Source: Amoebidium appalachense (taxonomy: Eukaryota > Protista > Ichthyosporea). Taken from it: 64,000 bases of DNA. Both the position numbers and the translations under genes were made by a program. The notes beneath the pieces are model-generated. The model was not told the DNA's origin, did no database searches, and saw nothing but the letters and a program-made list of their open reading frames with translations. The stretch is from positions 2,296,263 to 2,360,262 of the forward strand of contig CAVNZM010000008.1 in NCBI GenBank assembly GCA_963693365.1, given 5' to 3'. This document shows, piece by piece, positions 39,650 through 53,133 of this stretch; position 1 is the first letter of the stretch, and each line of letters begins with the position of its first letter.

Positions 39650-40346
39650 GTATGTGTTGGAGGGTGTGTGTGTGTGGGGGGGGGGGAGGGGGTAGAATTC
39701 CTCGATACCTCTGCCAGGACATTATGCCATTGTTTTACACGACCCCCCTCCCCTTCCTTCCCCTCCCCTTTCCCTTGCGGCACTTCCACTCGCTATGGAA
39801 TCTTTTCCCTCCTATGCCTTCAACCCCCCTCCCCCCTCCCCCCTCCCCCCCCCCCCAACACAAAAAAAAACAAAAAAAAAAAAACGATCCCCACCCCCAC
39901 CCCAACGTTCCGCGTTTTTACCCGGAGACATAAACACCTTCCCACTACCCTCACCCATCTCCTAGTCCCCCCACCTGATATCCTAATAACATGTTCTAAC
40001 ATTCGTTCTTTCTTTTCTTCCTTTCACTTTCCCTTTTCTCGCTTTCCTTTATCATTTTACAGGAGGCGCAACTCAAGCAAGACATCCGCAAAGAGGAGAT
40101 ACAGATAGACGTAGTGGAGAGGCGCAAGCAGATAGAGGTAGAGGAGCAAGAGATCAAGAGGAAGAAACACGAGCTGGAGGCCACGGTCACACTGCCTGCT
40201 GAGTACGAGAGATACAGGGTGGAGGCTATAGCATCAGGCACAAAGTGAGTGCTAAAAGGGGTGTTGGTGTGTGTGGTGTGGGTCTGTGGGTGTGTGGGTG
40301 TCTCTGTGTGTGTGTGGGTGTATGTGCAGGATGGAGCGGGCGGGGG

Positions 40347-40380
<34 letters not shown>

Positions 40381-40666
40381 GGTGAAATGCGGGTGCCATG
40401 AGATTGGGTGGCATCGTGATGTCATTGGGATGGGGTTTCTGTTGAGTGCCGTGATGGTATTGTTGGGGTGTTCATGCGGGAGAGATTAGGGCAAACGGGG
40501 GGGGAAGGGGAGGGGTAGTTAAACGTTTTTCTTTCTTTTGTTTCCCTTCTGCTCCTGTTTCTATTCTTTGTTTTACTGGTGTAGGTTTTTTCCATAGTGG
40601 TAGTATGGGCAGGCCACATGGGCTATCTGTAGCCACAGCAGCACTGGGCACATGCCAGGGAAGATT

Positions 40667-40762
<96 letters not shown>

Positions 40763-41315
40763 ACGCGTGTGTGTGAGAAACCCGTTTGTGTGCATGTGGA
40801 CGAACCTGTATGTTCGTGCATGTGCATCTATAACAATTCTGCATGGGCATGTGGATGTACCTGTGCCTCCGAATTTGTGTGTGTGTGCCCCCTTTTTGGT
40901 GTGTGTACTTTCAAGTTAGTTGGTATTGGCCCTAACCACCTACAACCCCCCAGAACCAAAGTCATCTCAGAGGCCGAGGGTCAAGCTGAAGCTATCCGGG
41001 TATATTCCTCCTCCTCCCCTCTCCCCCCTCCCCCCCCCCCCCCCCCCCCCCTCCCCCCTCCCCCCCCCCCCCCTCCCCCTCCTCCGTCCCTCCCCCCAAT
41101 TCCCCCAAAGGCTTCTCCAAAAAAAAAAGCCAACAACAACTATTACAGTAATAGACACAGAAACGCACATACAGTGATATACGACATGTACACACGGGCA
41201 TTTCGACAGGCATACTCGTGTACACACGCCAAAACCCTTTTTCTTTCTTTGTCTATTCTTTTTCTTTCTTTCTTTCGTTTTTTTTTTTTTTTTTTTTTTC
41301 TCCTCTTCTCTCCCC

Positions 41316-41356
<41 letters not shown>

Positions 41357-41396
41357 GGGCCTACCTCTTTCATGTGTGTGTGTGTGTGTGTGCGCG

Positions 41397-41433
<37 letters not shown>

Positions 41434-42079
41434 GCCGTCCATGCAGTACCTTTGTCGTTTCGATAGCTGTATGACATTGATTCAACATCATGCAATGCTA
41501 TCACGCACTGAGCAAGCTTCACATATTGCTGCACGCAGATATCCCCTCCCCCCCCCCCCCCCCCCCCCTTCCCCCCTTTCCCCCCTCCCCACCCACCCAC
41601 CATCCCCACCTACCCCACCCACCCCAAGGGGAATAGGTCGAAACTCGGGTACTGTGGATGACGTGGGCCCCCCCTGAGGATGGGCTCTGCTTATTATGCA
41701 TACTCTTTATGTATGGCTTGCATTCTGCATCGTGTTATCCGTTTGTTCTTGTGTACTTCGTACTTTTTGACGCATTCAAAACCCCACCCTTCTCCCCCTC
41801 CTCCTCCCTCCTCCCTCCCCTTTGAAGAATGGGCTCTACTTATGATGTATGCTGTGTGAGAAAAATCGGTATTGTGCTGTCGGTTGCAAATGTGTTCTTT
41901 TTGTACGCTGTAACACATTCAAAACCCCTTTGCCTTCCGTCCCGTAGTCTGCCTGACTCCCCTTTTTTCAATGGTAGTGCATCTTCCTCACTTTTCCTTC
42001 TTGTTCTATCTCTTCCACGCTCACCATATTCCCTCTCATTTTATCCATTCTTCCTTTTCGTGTTATATCTTGTTATGCC

Positions 42080-42161
<82 letters not shown>

Positions 42162-42343
42162 CATTCATGCGTGGTGCTCTCTAATGCAACACCTACATTG
42201 TATTGTCCGTCGTGAAGGTGTACTTCGTTCTCTGAACACATTCTTACCCTTCTTCCCCCCCTCCCCCCCCCCCCCCCCCTCCCCTCCCCTCCCCCCGAAA
42301 ACACACACACACACACATGCACGCACACATGCGCGCGTGCGCG

Positions 42344-42401
<58 letters not shown>

Positions 42402-43717
42402 AGCTACGGGGCAAAGCCGAGGCCACAGCCATAGCAGCCAGGGGGCAGGCGGAGGCAGCAGCCATGATGGCCCGTGCAGAGGCGTACGAGAGATACGGCA
42501 ATACGGCAGTGGTGTCCATGGCCCTCGAGGCACTGCCCAAGGTACATGCACGTACATGCACGTAGATGCACGTGCACACGTACACGCACATACATACACG
42601 TGGACACGTACATGCACGTAGATGCACCTACATGCATGAGGACACGTACATGCACGTACATGCACGTACATGCACGTGCACACGTACGTGCACGTAGATG
42701 CACGTACATGCACGTGCACACGTACATGCACGTACATGCACGTGCACACGTACATGCACGTAGATGCACGTACATGCATGAGGACACGTACATGGACGTA
42801 CATGCACGTAGACACGTACAGCAATTACAAAACATGCACGTACGTGCACGTGACACGTATACACACGTACATGCGCGTACATGACATGCAGACACGTACA
42901 CGCACGTGCATGCACGTGGATACGTACATGCACGAACATGTACGTGGACACGTACATACGTGTAGACATGTGCACACGCGCAGACGTTCACACATGTTTG
43001 CATGTTGACACGTTAATGCACGCTCAGACGTGCAGACACGAACGCACACGTGGAACCACACACACATGTAGATACGGACACATGTATGCACAGGGAGACA
43101 CGTGCACACGCATAGACACGTATGACATGTAGACACCTACACGCCTGTGAACCGACACACGCGTAGACGCGGTACACTCAGACACGTCCAACGCTTACAC
43201 GTACACACACACAGACCCTTAGCACACATGTTCGTTTGTGCACTCATACGGGTACACACAGACATAGGATGCAAACAAACACGTGCACACCTTCAGGGTC
43301 TGCACATGTATGCAACCACACATACACGATGATGCTTCCACACGTACATACCCCACAGGCAGAGAAAGACACATGCACGTTCTGGTGCATTTTCTCATGT
43401 GCACGTGTACACGGGGCACTCATGCACACACTTGCACATAAACATGAACACACATGCATACCTGCAACCTGTGCGTGTGTGCACACGGGCGTAAACGCAC
43501 GCACACCCGCGCACACGCACACTCCGAGGAAGATGACGAGAATGAGTGTGGGTGTGGAAAGAGAGATGAGAGAGTGTGTGGGGGTTTGTGTGTGTGTGTG
43601 TGTTTGTGTATGTACATGTTTACGAGTCGTGCCTTTGCGCCCCCTCCAGCCCGTGTTTGCGCACCTTTGCACCCACACACATAGAGGAAGGAGAGAGGGA
43701 GTGAAGGGACGAGAATA

Positions 43718-43787
<70 letters not shown>

Positions 43788-44037
43788 CACTAACACTAAC
43801 ACCACTGATGCCATGCAATAGATTGCTGCCGAGCTAGCTGCCCCTCTGGGCAAGACCGAACAGATCATCCTACTACCCGGGTCCACCACCCAGAGGTCAA
43901 TTCCCCTTTCCTTTTTTCTCAACCTTCTATATTCATTGGGATTAGGCCATCATCCCCTTCCCCCCCCCCCCCCCCCCCCCCCCCCCAACCACCACCACCA
44001 CCACCACACACACCCACCCCAAATAAGCATACGCGCG

Positions 44038-44068
<31 letters not shown>

Positions 44069-44780
44069 GCACGCACGCACACACACACACACACACACAC
44101 AAGCAAAAGCAAAAAAAAGGAAGAACGTAAGACCCCCCTCCCCCCCCCCCCCTCCCCCCTCCCCCCCCCCCAAAAAAAAAAAAAATTCCCCCCCCCCTCC
44201 CCCCCCCCCCCCCCCCCACCCACCCACCCACCCACCCACCCACCCACCCCACCCCTCAAAGAAAGAAGAACACCGCACGCTGCACCATAACCCTGCCTGT
44301 ATTCTCATGTACAACCCCTCCTGCTAGAGCATAATGGCACCCACTCCTCCTTCAATGGTGCGTGATCCCGGGGCCTGGGGGGCCGCGCTGCAGTAGAAAT
44401 CTTATCGAGCCATTTTTCATGACAGATAAGACATTTTTATGCTGAAGCACATTCACACAATTCCAGTAGGGTCGATAAGTTGGTTCCATGTATGATAGCA
44501 ACTTTCTATTTTGGTCTGTGATGCCACTGAATTCATTATTTGGCCATTCACCGCACCACACATTGTTTTCAATGTGTTGTCAGCCAACATGATTCGATGA
44601 AATGAGTTCCATATAAGGAAGCAACCATTGGGATTTATTTCTTGTTATTGTTTCATATTCAAATGTCGGTAAATGACATTTGACTGATTGTGTGATACCT
44701 CCCCCCCCCCCCCCCCCTCCCCCCCTCCCCTCCTCCTCCTCCCCCTCCCCTCCCGATTCCATGGGCGCACGCACACACAC

Positions 44781-44861
<81 letters not shown>

Positions 44862-44948
44862 CACCACTGCCGAGCTCACCAAGCTCATTGCCCAGCTGCC
44901 TCCATCCATCCAGGCCGTGTCTGGAGTGGATGTGTCCAAGGTGGGTGC

Positions 44949-45023
<75 letters not shown>

Positions 45024-45293
45024 CTCCCTCTCCCTCTCTGTCCCCTCCCCCTCCCTCCTCCGCCTCCCCCTCCCCCCCCCTCTCCCTCCCCCCCCCCCCC
45101 CCCATCCCTCCCTCCCTCTCCCTCTCTCCCACATATTTCTCCCCTCCCCCATCCCTGCCTCCCTCTCCCCCCCTCCCTCTCTCCCACATATTTCTCCCTC
45201 GCTCCCTCCCTCCGTCCCTCCCTCCCCCGCGCTCCCCTTGCAGATCCCTCCCCAACCACCCACCCATTCATGCTCATACACCACACACACCCG

Positions 45294-45335
<42 letters not shown>

Positions 45336-45629
45336 ACACAGATGGGGGGAGGAGGTGGGGGTGGGGAGGAGGGGGTGGAGGAGGGAGACAGTCCCCTCAC
45401 CTCCTCCCTCTCCACCACCACACACACGCACACAACACACACACACATGTACACACAACACACACGCACACACGCACACACACACACACACACATCTAAC
45501 CAGCGTAGTCTCTCATGTAGTGCATATAGTCACGGTGCCCCGCCTAACATAGGTGCCCACTTGCAGGTATTCCAGAAGGGCATAGGCTCGGGCACAACCA
45601 CAACGCCTGCACCCGTCACTGTTCGATAA
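33060..45629 (+). CDS. FLOT2: Flotillin-2-like SPFH protein, 15 exons: 33060-33114, 33916-33997, 34501-34574, 35987-36069, 36574-36687, 37549-37629, 37973-38071, 38630-38749, 39312-39344, 40063-40244, 40954-40999, 42404-42541, 43822-43895, 44862-44940, 45567-45629
   Basis: Reads through in frame: [90 protein letters not shown]-rich flotillin coil, [24 protein letters not shown]. The MG..C N-terminus (myristoylation/palmitoylation) is as in flotillin-2. Confidence 0.95.
34698..34945. repeat. Tandem repeat of about 2.5-3 units (~90-95 bp) built from homopolymers: GAGTAAGGAG-Gn-TCTTTTCC-Tn-GTTCTTCTGAAG
   Basis: GAGTAAGGAG recurs at ~34697, ~34786 and ~34882 with the same linkers. Confidence 0.85.
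35151..35427. mobile_element. Fold-back/MITE-like imperfect palindrome (~277 bp) in flotillin intron 3
   Basis: Left arm ...CGATCGAGGTTGATCCGATCGAGGATTTCA...TCTCGAATCTATCGATCATAAT is the reverse complement of right arm ATTATGATCGATAGATTCGAGA...TGAAATCCTTGATCGGATCAACCTCGATCG. Centre ~35289. TA at both outer edges (possible TSD). Confidence 0.8.
41646..41785 (+). repeat. 140-bp dispersed intronic repeat, identical to 5064-5203
   Basis: Same sequence and length as the copy in the bZIP intron. Confidence 0.92.
41823..41928 (+). repeat. Diverged copy of the repeat core, adjacent to the previous copy
   Basis: TGAAGAATGGGCTCTACTTATGATGTAT...ACACATTCAAAACCCC has conserved ends and a diverged middle. 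Confidence 0.75.
42170..42243 (+). repeat. Partial (3') copy of the repeat family
   Basis: TTGTCCGTCGTGAAGGTGTACTTCGTTCTCTGAACACATTC shares GTGTACTTCGT and the CATTC end. Confidence 0.6.
42542..43010. repeat. Minisatellite of a ~10-bp unit GTACATGCAC (variants GTAGATGCAC, GTGCACAC) starting at the exon-12 splice donor
   Basis: Directly visible. Higher-order repeat CATGCATGAGGACACGTACATG at ~42631 and ~42773. Confidence 0.9.
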
Positions 45630-47645
45630 AATCCTCCCAGTGCACTATGCAAATAGTACATATACGATCGCCAAAGTTAACATTTATTTACAGACAACAT
45701 CCAAATTAATATAAAAAGGTTAACAAATTTGCAGACTGAGTCCAGTTTATCAAAGGTTAACGAAAATTTGCAAAAAACATATAACCCACCAACGGCTAAC
45801 AGCACTACATACGCTTGCACCTGAACTTCATAGCGGGCTGGTTCCTTTTTTTTTGACTATCATTCTCTCTAGGCAAGAACCAATTCGTTTTCTTTCCTAT
45901 TACCAACTTTTTTTACTGGTTTTTTTGGCGTTCGGTTTGTGTTTTGTATGCCTTTATATACTTTTATGGTGGAATATTTTTAAACAGTTGTATTTCTAGT
46001 TAGTACACTCCGTAGCCTGTTATTAAACATAGATCACATGAGCATAGTTTGCACATGCCACTGGAGTGTATTTCATTTGCCAGCCGGCAACAACTTGACA
46101 TTGATCTGTAAAAGGAAACAGGGACATTGATCTGTAAAAGGCAAAGGGTGCTGGTCACAAACAGTCCCCTCCAAGTAATTATGAATTGCGCCCTGAGTAG
46201 ACTTAGTTCTTCTTGAGGCCTCCTGGTTACCTTCCCCCCCCCCCCCCCCCCCCTCCTCCCTCCCTCCCTGCCTCCCTTCCTCCCTCCCGCAGGGGTAGTG
46301 CAACCACTCAAAAACAATTGTGCATGCCGGGATATGTCTTCCCCTCTCCCCTGCGCGCGCGCGCGCACACACACACACACATATAGATGAAAACTATTGA
46401 TTTTATAGCTTTTTTTAAGTGTGTGCGGTTAAAATTTGTGATGCATGTGTTCTGTCTTTTTTTGGCTAGAAACGTACATGCGCACAGGTGCACATGCAGA
46501 ATACAAGTTTTGGCCATGTTCATGATCATGCACGCCGCGATTGCGCAGACTCTGAACGCAGTACTCCTTGTGAATATTATCAACCCCACCACTGATGTGA
46601 CTTGCGCCGCTCTTGCACAGGTCACTGTCTCCCATCGCAAGGCACAAGAATTTAGTTAACGAGCATTTATAGCCAACGAAAGTTGTAGACTCACCGTGTT
46701 CTGTCACAAACACCTCAATAAATACAGGGAATGTTGTCGACATGCATACGAATTTACCGATATGCAAAAAAGCACCTGTGCCTGCGGATGTCGAATTGGA
46801 GCTGTGTCAGTGCACGTGCACCAGATTGGGTTAGATAGCTAACAATATCGTGGCCCTTACTGTGCAACAAGCAGAATGCACTACATACAAAAACAGGGCA
46901 GCTTAGGACAATCTCGACGTTTATCTGTTGGCACAAAAAATGTCTGTGAACGACTCCAGCTGATATGATGCTTCATGACAGCAAAGCTCACCTGTGAACC
47001 ATGATGAATTTGTTTTATGTGAAAAATGACATATATGAAAAAGGCATGCGTGACTGTGGCCAAATGTGTCTGTTGACCTTGTCGAAACGAAAAACGAACG
47101 AGTGAGTAGCAAAACGTCGACAGTGAAAAATTAGCTTGTGGACCAAGTCGATTGTTACACGGTCGTTTCCCAACGTTCCATCCACTTGTGTACTACCGTG
47201 TTTACCAACGGCAGCAAAAATAATAGCCAGCCACCTCCTGCTTCAGAAACTCCTCTTGTGTAATGGTATGACCCTCATGCTCTTGTTTCAATTCTTCGAC
47301 TGTATACGTACGGTGGGGAGACCTGGGTAAAAAACCGTACCATGAAAGGAAGCATGGGGAAATGAGCTAAAGAGCCCCGGTACCAGGGAGAATTGCTGTA
47401 CCTGTTGTACCTGTTGTGAGCATGAACCGCGGCGTTTCAAAAGCTACAGAATATTTATTCTCATTCAAGAGACAGCCCAACAGTCTTCGTTGGGTATTGG
47501 TGCGCCAGCACACCTCGCAAAAATCATACACAATACTCGCGACCTACGTTAATATTCGTAAGGGGTGGGTGGGTGGGTGGGGTGTGCAGCAACACCAAGG
47601 CCGGTCTGCCCGGTGGGTCCAACAGACACACACACACACACACCC

Positions 47646-48086
47646 TCAAGCGTTGACAGACACGAAGGCACTGCCGAAGTTTAGCGACTGCGTCTTGGGT
47701 GAAGGCGTCTTCGTTTCATTCGCGTTGATTGCATTCTCATCCCCAAACACAAGCAGCAATGGGCCTCTCTCTTGTGTGCGGTAACACACACAGCCTGGGT
47801 CGACCCACAGCGTCAGCTCCTTGGGCAAACATTCGGAAAGGTGAGAAATACCGACGATCTCTGCCACCTCCGCAAGCAACGGATCCATCTTAAACGGGTG
47901 GATGCGTAGGCAACGGTTTCCTGAACCCCTCAGTGGCTCTGCTGGGTGCCAGCCTGCGACGTAGCATTTTTCAAACGTGTCGACCAACAGGCGTTGAAAC
48001 TCGACTACTTTCTCGCCGGAAACCTGGCCGGAGCGCGTGAGAAGAGTGCCAAGAAAGTTGGCTGCTGCTTCGACTTCTTGGCGCAT
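47646..48086 (-). CDS. BTG/Tob-family anti-proliferative (CAF1/CCR4-NOT-binding) protein, 146 aa, intronless CDS
   Basis: MRQEVEAAANFL, Box A WHPAEPLRGSGNRCLRI, MDPLL, Box B LPKELTLWVDPGCVCYR. Confidence 0.93.
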   Translation of the reverse strand: MRQEVEAAANFLGTLLTRSGQVSGEKVVEFQRLLVDTFEKCYVAGWHPAEPLRGSGNRCLRIHPFKMDPLLAEVAEIVGISHLSECLPKELTLWVDPGCVCYRTQERGPLLLVFGDENAINANETKTPSPKTQSLNFGSAFVSVNA

Positions 48087-49460
48087 TTCGTTAATTTCTG
48101 TTGTGAAATAGGGTTACAACTTTGGTAATGACATCACAAACTATTGAAGAACACCTTGGATTTTGGGAACATGGAACTCAAAAGAAAGACTGAAGACACT
48201 CGACACGCTTTGCTCATAGTGAATACTTGTGAAATGGGTCAGTGGCTTCCTACGCAGTTGGTTTTAAACACTTTTGCGTCATTGGCTTTGATTAAACTAA
48301 GAGAGGAGGGTAAACTTTGGAAAAGTGCACTTGTGTATCAATTTTTTCGAAAAACCCCGAATAAATGCCATCTATGCTTCGATGGTGGCTATAATTTAAA
48401 AAATATAATACAAAAATTAAAGAGAATATTTAAAAACCCATATAATGTATATGAGAGGCTTCAGAGAACTACCACAATCCTCACACGCTCCGAGTGACAC
48501 TCGGGAAGCTTTTTGCCCACCTCGGATCACTTATCGAAAATGATCGCTCCGGGGTAGTGGCAAGCTTGCATTTATAGGTCGGGGCCTATGACAATACTGC
48601 AGCCACCAAAAAAGAAAATTAAGATGTATAAGAAGAAAAAATACATTAATTAAAGATGTCCGTGATCTAATTGATAACTTTTACACTTCAGATGTCACCA
48701 TATGTCTGTCCAATGCCGGTTTTACACGCCTAATGTGACTCTAAGCTATTGGGTTTTGGAAGCGCCAAATATCATCGCTGACATGGTACCAGTCTGATCC
48801 AATCACATAAATGGACTATTCCTTATTCTATATTTCCACCTTTTGATTGGTTGTTATCGAACCCTAAATCTAAAACGTGATTGCAATTAGTGAGCCAAAA
48901 GGGCGATCCATCGTGAGCCAGTCAGCCGGCCGTAGCCACTTCTGGGCCAAGACCTCGAGTGACGTCAATGCTATAAAAAGAGTAGGTTACTATGTATAGA
49001 AAAGGTGATAATAGCGAGGAAAAAGACCCCGCAAACACAAACAACGTTTCAGAAAAAAGTTGGTTTGGTTTACACGGTCTATATTTTGGGGGAAAAGTTG
49101 TTTGTATGATAAAACATGAGCCGAAAGGCGAGGGCACCGAATTTCTGTGTGTGCATAGCCCTCTAATAAATCAAACACTGTCTTCCAGAAATCCTTGTTT
49201 GGGCAAATAGGCAAAAGAAAAACCTCTTAACCCCTAATAAAGAACCTACATGATACTCGATAACGTATAAGGATTGACTGCCGGGCCAGGTGGGTGTCGT
49301 TTTTCAGTCACCAATGTTTGTGGTGGTCACCGGTGGGCGTAAGTGTGTGGTGTAGGATCAGCTTGTCTGTTTGTCTATATGCGTTGTTCTGCTGCTTTTT
49401 TTTTTTCTTTTCATTTCTTTTTTTTTGTGTGTGTGTGGGTGGGTGGGTGGGTGGGTGGGT

Positions 49461-49491
<31 letters not shown>

Positions 49492-49681
49492 CGAGGGAGG
49501 GAGCTGGAAGCGGAAACATTAGCGGAAAATATCTGCCTTCTAATACACAGCACTCAGGCAGAGTACAATTTTCACAAGTGTGTGTGTGTGTGTGTGTACA
49601 GTGTGTATGTGTGCGAATGCCCACGGTGTGCGTGTGTGCAGGACATGCAGGGAAGGCGGCAGTGGGGCGGGGATTGGAAAA

Positions 49682-49722
<41 letters not shown>

Positions 49723-49938
49723 AAGCATAGGTTTATTATAATAAAACGACCAAAAACGTAGGAATATGTGCGGCACAAACGAAAGAAATTTCTGTCGTTG
49801 ACACTGCAAAACAACACATAGTGCTTATGAAAGATATCTACAAACCACGGCCATCTGGAAACACCGTTGTCTAGATGGCCGTGGTACAAACCAAGACACA
49901 TTTTGGTGGTATTGATGTATGAATGTATCTGGGTGGGT

Positions 49939-49973
<35 letters not shown>

Positions 49974-50777
49974 CTCGGGGGTGGTCCCAACCACTCCCAG
50001 CTCTCTCGAGCCCAAATCCGTCTTGAGAACTAAAAACATCCCAATGTTGTAAAGCATACACACACCATTCATTCTAACAGACACAGAGAGGCACCTACCC
50101 ACCCCACAGATAAAAGGGGGAGTGCCGGGGGGATACCTGGAGAGTTGAAGTTGATCCTGAGGTAATAGGATTCTTAAAGAAGCCACCAGAATGCCACAGC
50201 TACGGCTGGTGTTAGGCACCGAACAGTTCTGCCAAAATTTCGAAATCAGTGACCCCGATTAGCACCCGTTGTGATCAAAGTAAACAACCATTTGGTCAGT
50301 CAGAGGAGAGGCTTGCATGTTTCAACAAACGTCACGGAAACGATGACAACAGCTCGGGCAGGACACACACGTGTCGTATTTGTATTGTAAGTGATAGACG
50401 GAAAGGAGGGAAGCCTGTGTGGATGCAGCAAACAATTGGTATGTGAAAGTAGAGCCCATCATCGGCTTCTTCTCGTTGTAGTGAGCAGTGTTGGATGTAA
50501 ATACTACAGCTGAATATGTAACACACATGTCGCCGAAACGATGACAAGAGCTCGAGAAAGCATGAAATGATGATTGACAAGGGTTTATCTCAAACAATAT
50601 TGTACATGAGAAGGAAAGCAACAAGCAAACGTACTCTCTCGGAGCGAAGCACAGAGGGAGGGTGTGTATGTGTGTGTGTCTGTGTGTGTGTGTGTCTGGG
50701 TGTGGGTGTGGGTGCGTATAAGGGGGAAAGAGGGAAGGTGCCGAAGAGAAATTAGGGTGCAGGCAGCCCCAAAGAAG

Positions 50778-50810
<33 letters not shown>

Positions 50811-50959
50811 CATGTGGGGGTGTGTGTGTGTGTGTGCGTGCATGCGTGTGTGTGTGCGTGTGTGCGTGTGTGTGTGGGTGTGTGGGTGTGTGGGTGTGTG
50901 TGTGTGTGTGTGTGTGTGCGTGTGGGGGGGGTGGGGGGGGGGGGGGGGAGGGGGCGGGG

Positions 50960-51061
50960 AGGTTTGGAACGTGTTATAAAACACGAAGTACACATTCATA
51001 ACGGACAACACTGCAGAGTGCAAAGCACACAAAGTGTATACATAATAAGATGAGCCCATTC

Positions 51062-51063
<2 letters not shown>
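50960..51063 (-). repeat. Full-length diverged copy of the repeat core; partial relatives at ~50420-50465, ~51828-51895 and possibly ~49730-49830, all minus strand
   Basis: Reverse complement AAGAATGGGCTCATCTTATTATGTATACACTTTGTGTG...TGTCCGTTATGAATGTGTACTTCGTGTTTTATAACACGTTCCAAACC. Confidence 0.75.
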
Positions 51064-51101
<38 letters not shown>

Positions 51102-51384
51102 CTCCCTATAGCAATCAGTGTTGTAAACTAAAGGAGGGTGTGTCATGACATAACGCGTTGTTGCCGCATAGTTTGCAGCATGGGGTGATATGGGGCGGGG
51201 CGGGGCGGGGCGGGGGGAGGGGGGGGGGGGGGAGGGGGGGAGGGGAGGGGGAGCGGCGTTTAAGGTTACAGTACTTCGAATCAGAAGTGCCAGAGAGAAC
51301 AATTAGTCCGAGAAAGAGCCCAGGGGGAAGGGACGGGAGGCTCGCCGTGCAAGGGCAAGGAAGGGGAGAGGGGAAAACGTGAAG

Positions 51385-51423
<39 letters not shown>

Positions 51424-51644
51424 GTTGAGTAGGCCCTGTACAACTGCACATATACACCAGGAAAACACGATACAGGTCTTGGTAACAAGTGTACAGCTGG
51501 CCGGGTACGTAGCACTAGCCGTACTCCAATTTGACAAGAAGGTAACGGAGCAAAGACAAAACAGATCGATACAGATATGGCCACGGGCAGTTCAAAGACA
51601 TTTTCCTTTACGTGGAAGTAACAGGAGGTTTTCTTTTTTTTTTT

Positions 51645-51687
<43 letters not shown>

Positions 51688-51948
51688 ACGACAGGAAAAA
51701 AGAAAATGGATTTATTAACAAAAAAAGACATTACGGCAACTTTGCCCCACGGTAAAAAGGGAAAAGGGAGGAAGTAAGAAGTCAAAACCGGGGGGGGTGG
51801 GGGGTGGGGGGGAAGAAAGTGTTATAGGGTACGTAAATGCGCACATGAGGGACAACACAATGCAGAGTACAAAGCACACATACGAAGTATTAAAAGAGGG
51901 AGCTGGGCTGGGGGGGGGGGGGGGGGGGGGGGGGGGAAGGGTACTTAC

Positions 51949-53097
51949 CCATAAACTTCCGCTCTGCTGGGTCCAAAACCGGTGACCCACTCTTCCGGCC
52001 AAAAGTACGCAACAGCATCCCACGCTTGGGCGTTTTGCGTTCTTCCTTTTCATCCTCGTGCGCCCAATCCCCCTCTAAGCCTTCTATTTTCACACCCTCT
52101 ACTTTGGCAGTAGGGATAGCTGGCGTGGGTAATGTTGAACTGATCTGATGTTCTTCCGGCTGTATATCGATATCTCGGCCTTGGACCGAGGAACGTATAA
52201 CACCCGTTTTCTTGCTTCCTGAAGTAGACCCCGGCCGACTGGGGGGTTTCTCCACTTTCACTAAATTGTCTCTTTTCTTTTCCGGGGTTTTCCGTTTCCT
52301 CGTCGCCGTACTTCGACCACTTGTTTTCTCCTTCCCCTCCTCCTCCTCCTCCTCCTCCTCCTCCTTATCAAAAAAGTCAAAAACGTCTCTCTTTCTTGGT
52401 TGGCCATCGCCTGCATTGGTTTTAGCTTTGGTAGATGTGTTTTCCTTTTCTGACAATCTACGTGCCGACCTTCTCCTCGGCCTTTTGGGGGAGGAAAGAA
52501 CCAACGATTGTGACAGGTCAAAAGTGGTCGAGTCAGCAAAATGATTGTCGCCCATCTTTGAACGCTTCACGCCACGCACAGCCATGCTTGTGTCTACTCC
52601 CTCCTGTTCTCTTTCCTCGTCATGATCGTGGCCTTCTGTTAACGTAAGGGGTAAATCCTCCCTCACAACTGCCATTTTTTCCTTGCCAACATCTTGCCCA
52701 TCATTCACCCCCTCATCTTGCTCCGCGTTATAAACAGCTGCGAGAACATTCCTGTTTAACTCCTCTTCTCTTTCTTCTCCGGACTCGTTCTTCTGTGGGC
52801 CGAGTTGTGATGTTTCCAGGATGGTGCCATCCCCACTTTGACATGCCCACCCTTGTAGCTCCCCTGCTCTAAGTTTAACCCAGAGGCCAAACAAGGAGTC
52901 TGGTTTTGGGGTTGAAACTTGCTCAGGTTCACAATCCATGATCAAAGAAAGCACTGCTGATCTATTTACAGCAATGAAAGTTGGAAGACACGAAGAATCT
53001 AGCACAACGGAAGGCTGCAAAACTTAGCGCTCGCTAGTCTCTCTCTTTACTCCTCTCCATCTCTCTCTGTCTCTCCCCCTTTCTCCCTCCGTCTCTT

Positions 53098-53133
<36 letters not shown>

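Noticed and set aside
46500-47550. Exon-like fragments (e.g. SPHRTYTVEELKQEHEGHTITQEEFLKQE on -, IQVLAMFMIMHAAIAQ on +)
   Set aside because: I could not build a phase-consistent gene or recognise a domain; may be BTG 3' UTR or a decayed gene.
51255-51325. LFLGLIVLSG, resembling the start of a BRCT domain
   Set aside because: No usable AG acceptor in the right phase and no downstream BRCT continuation.
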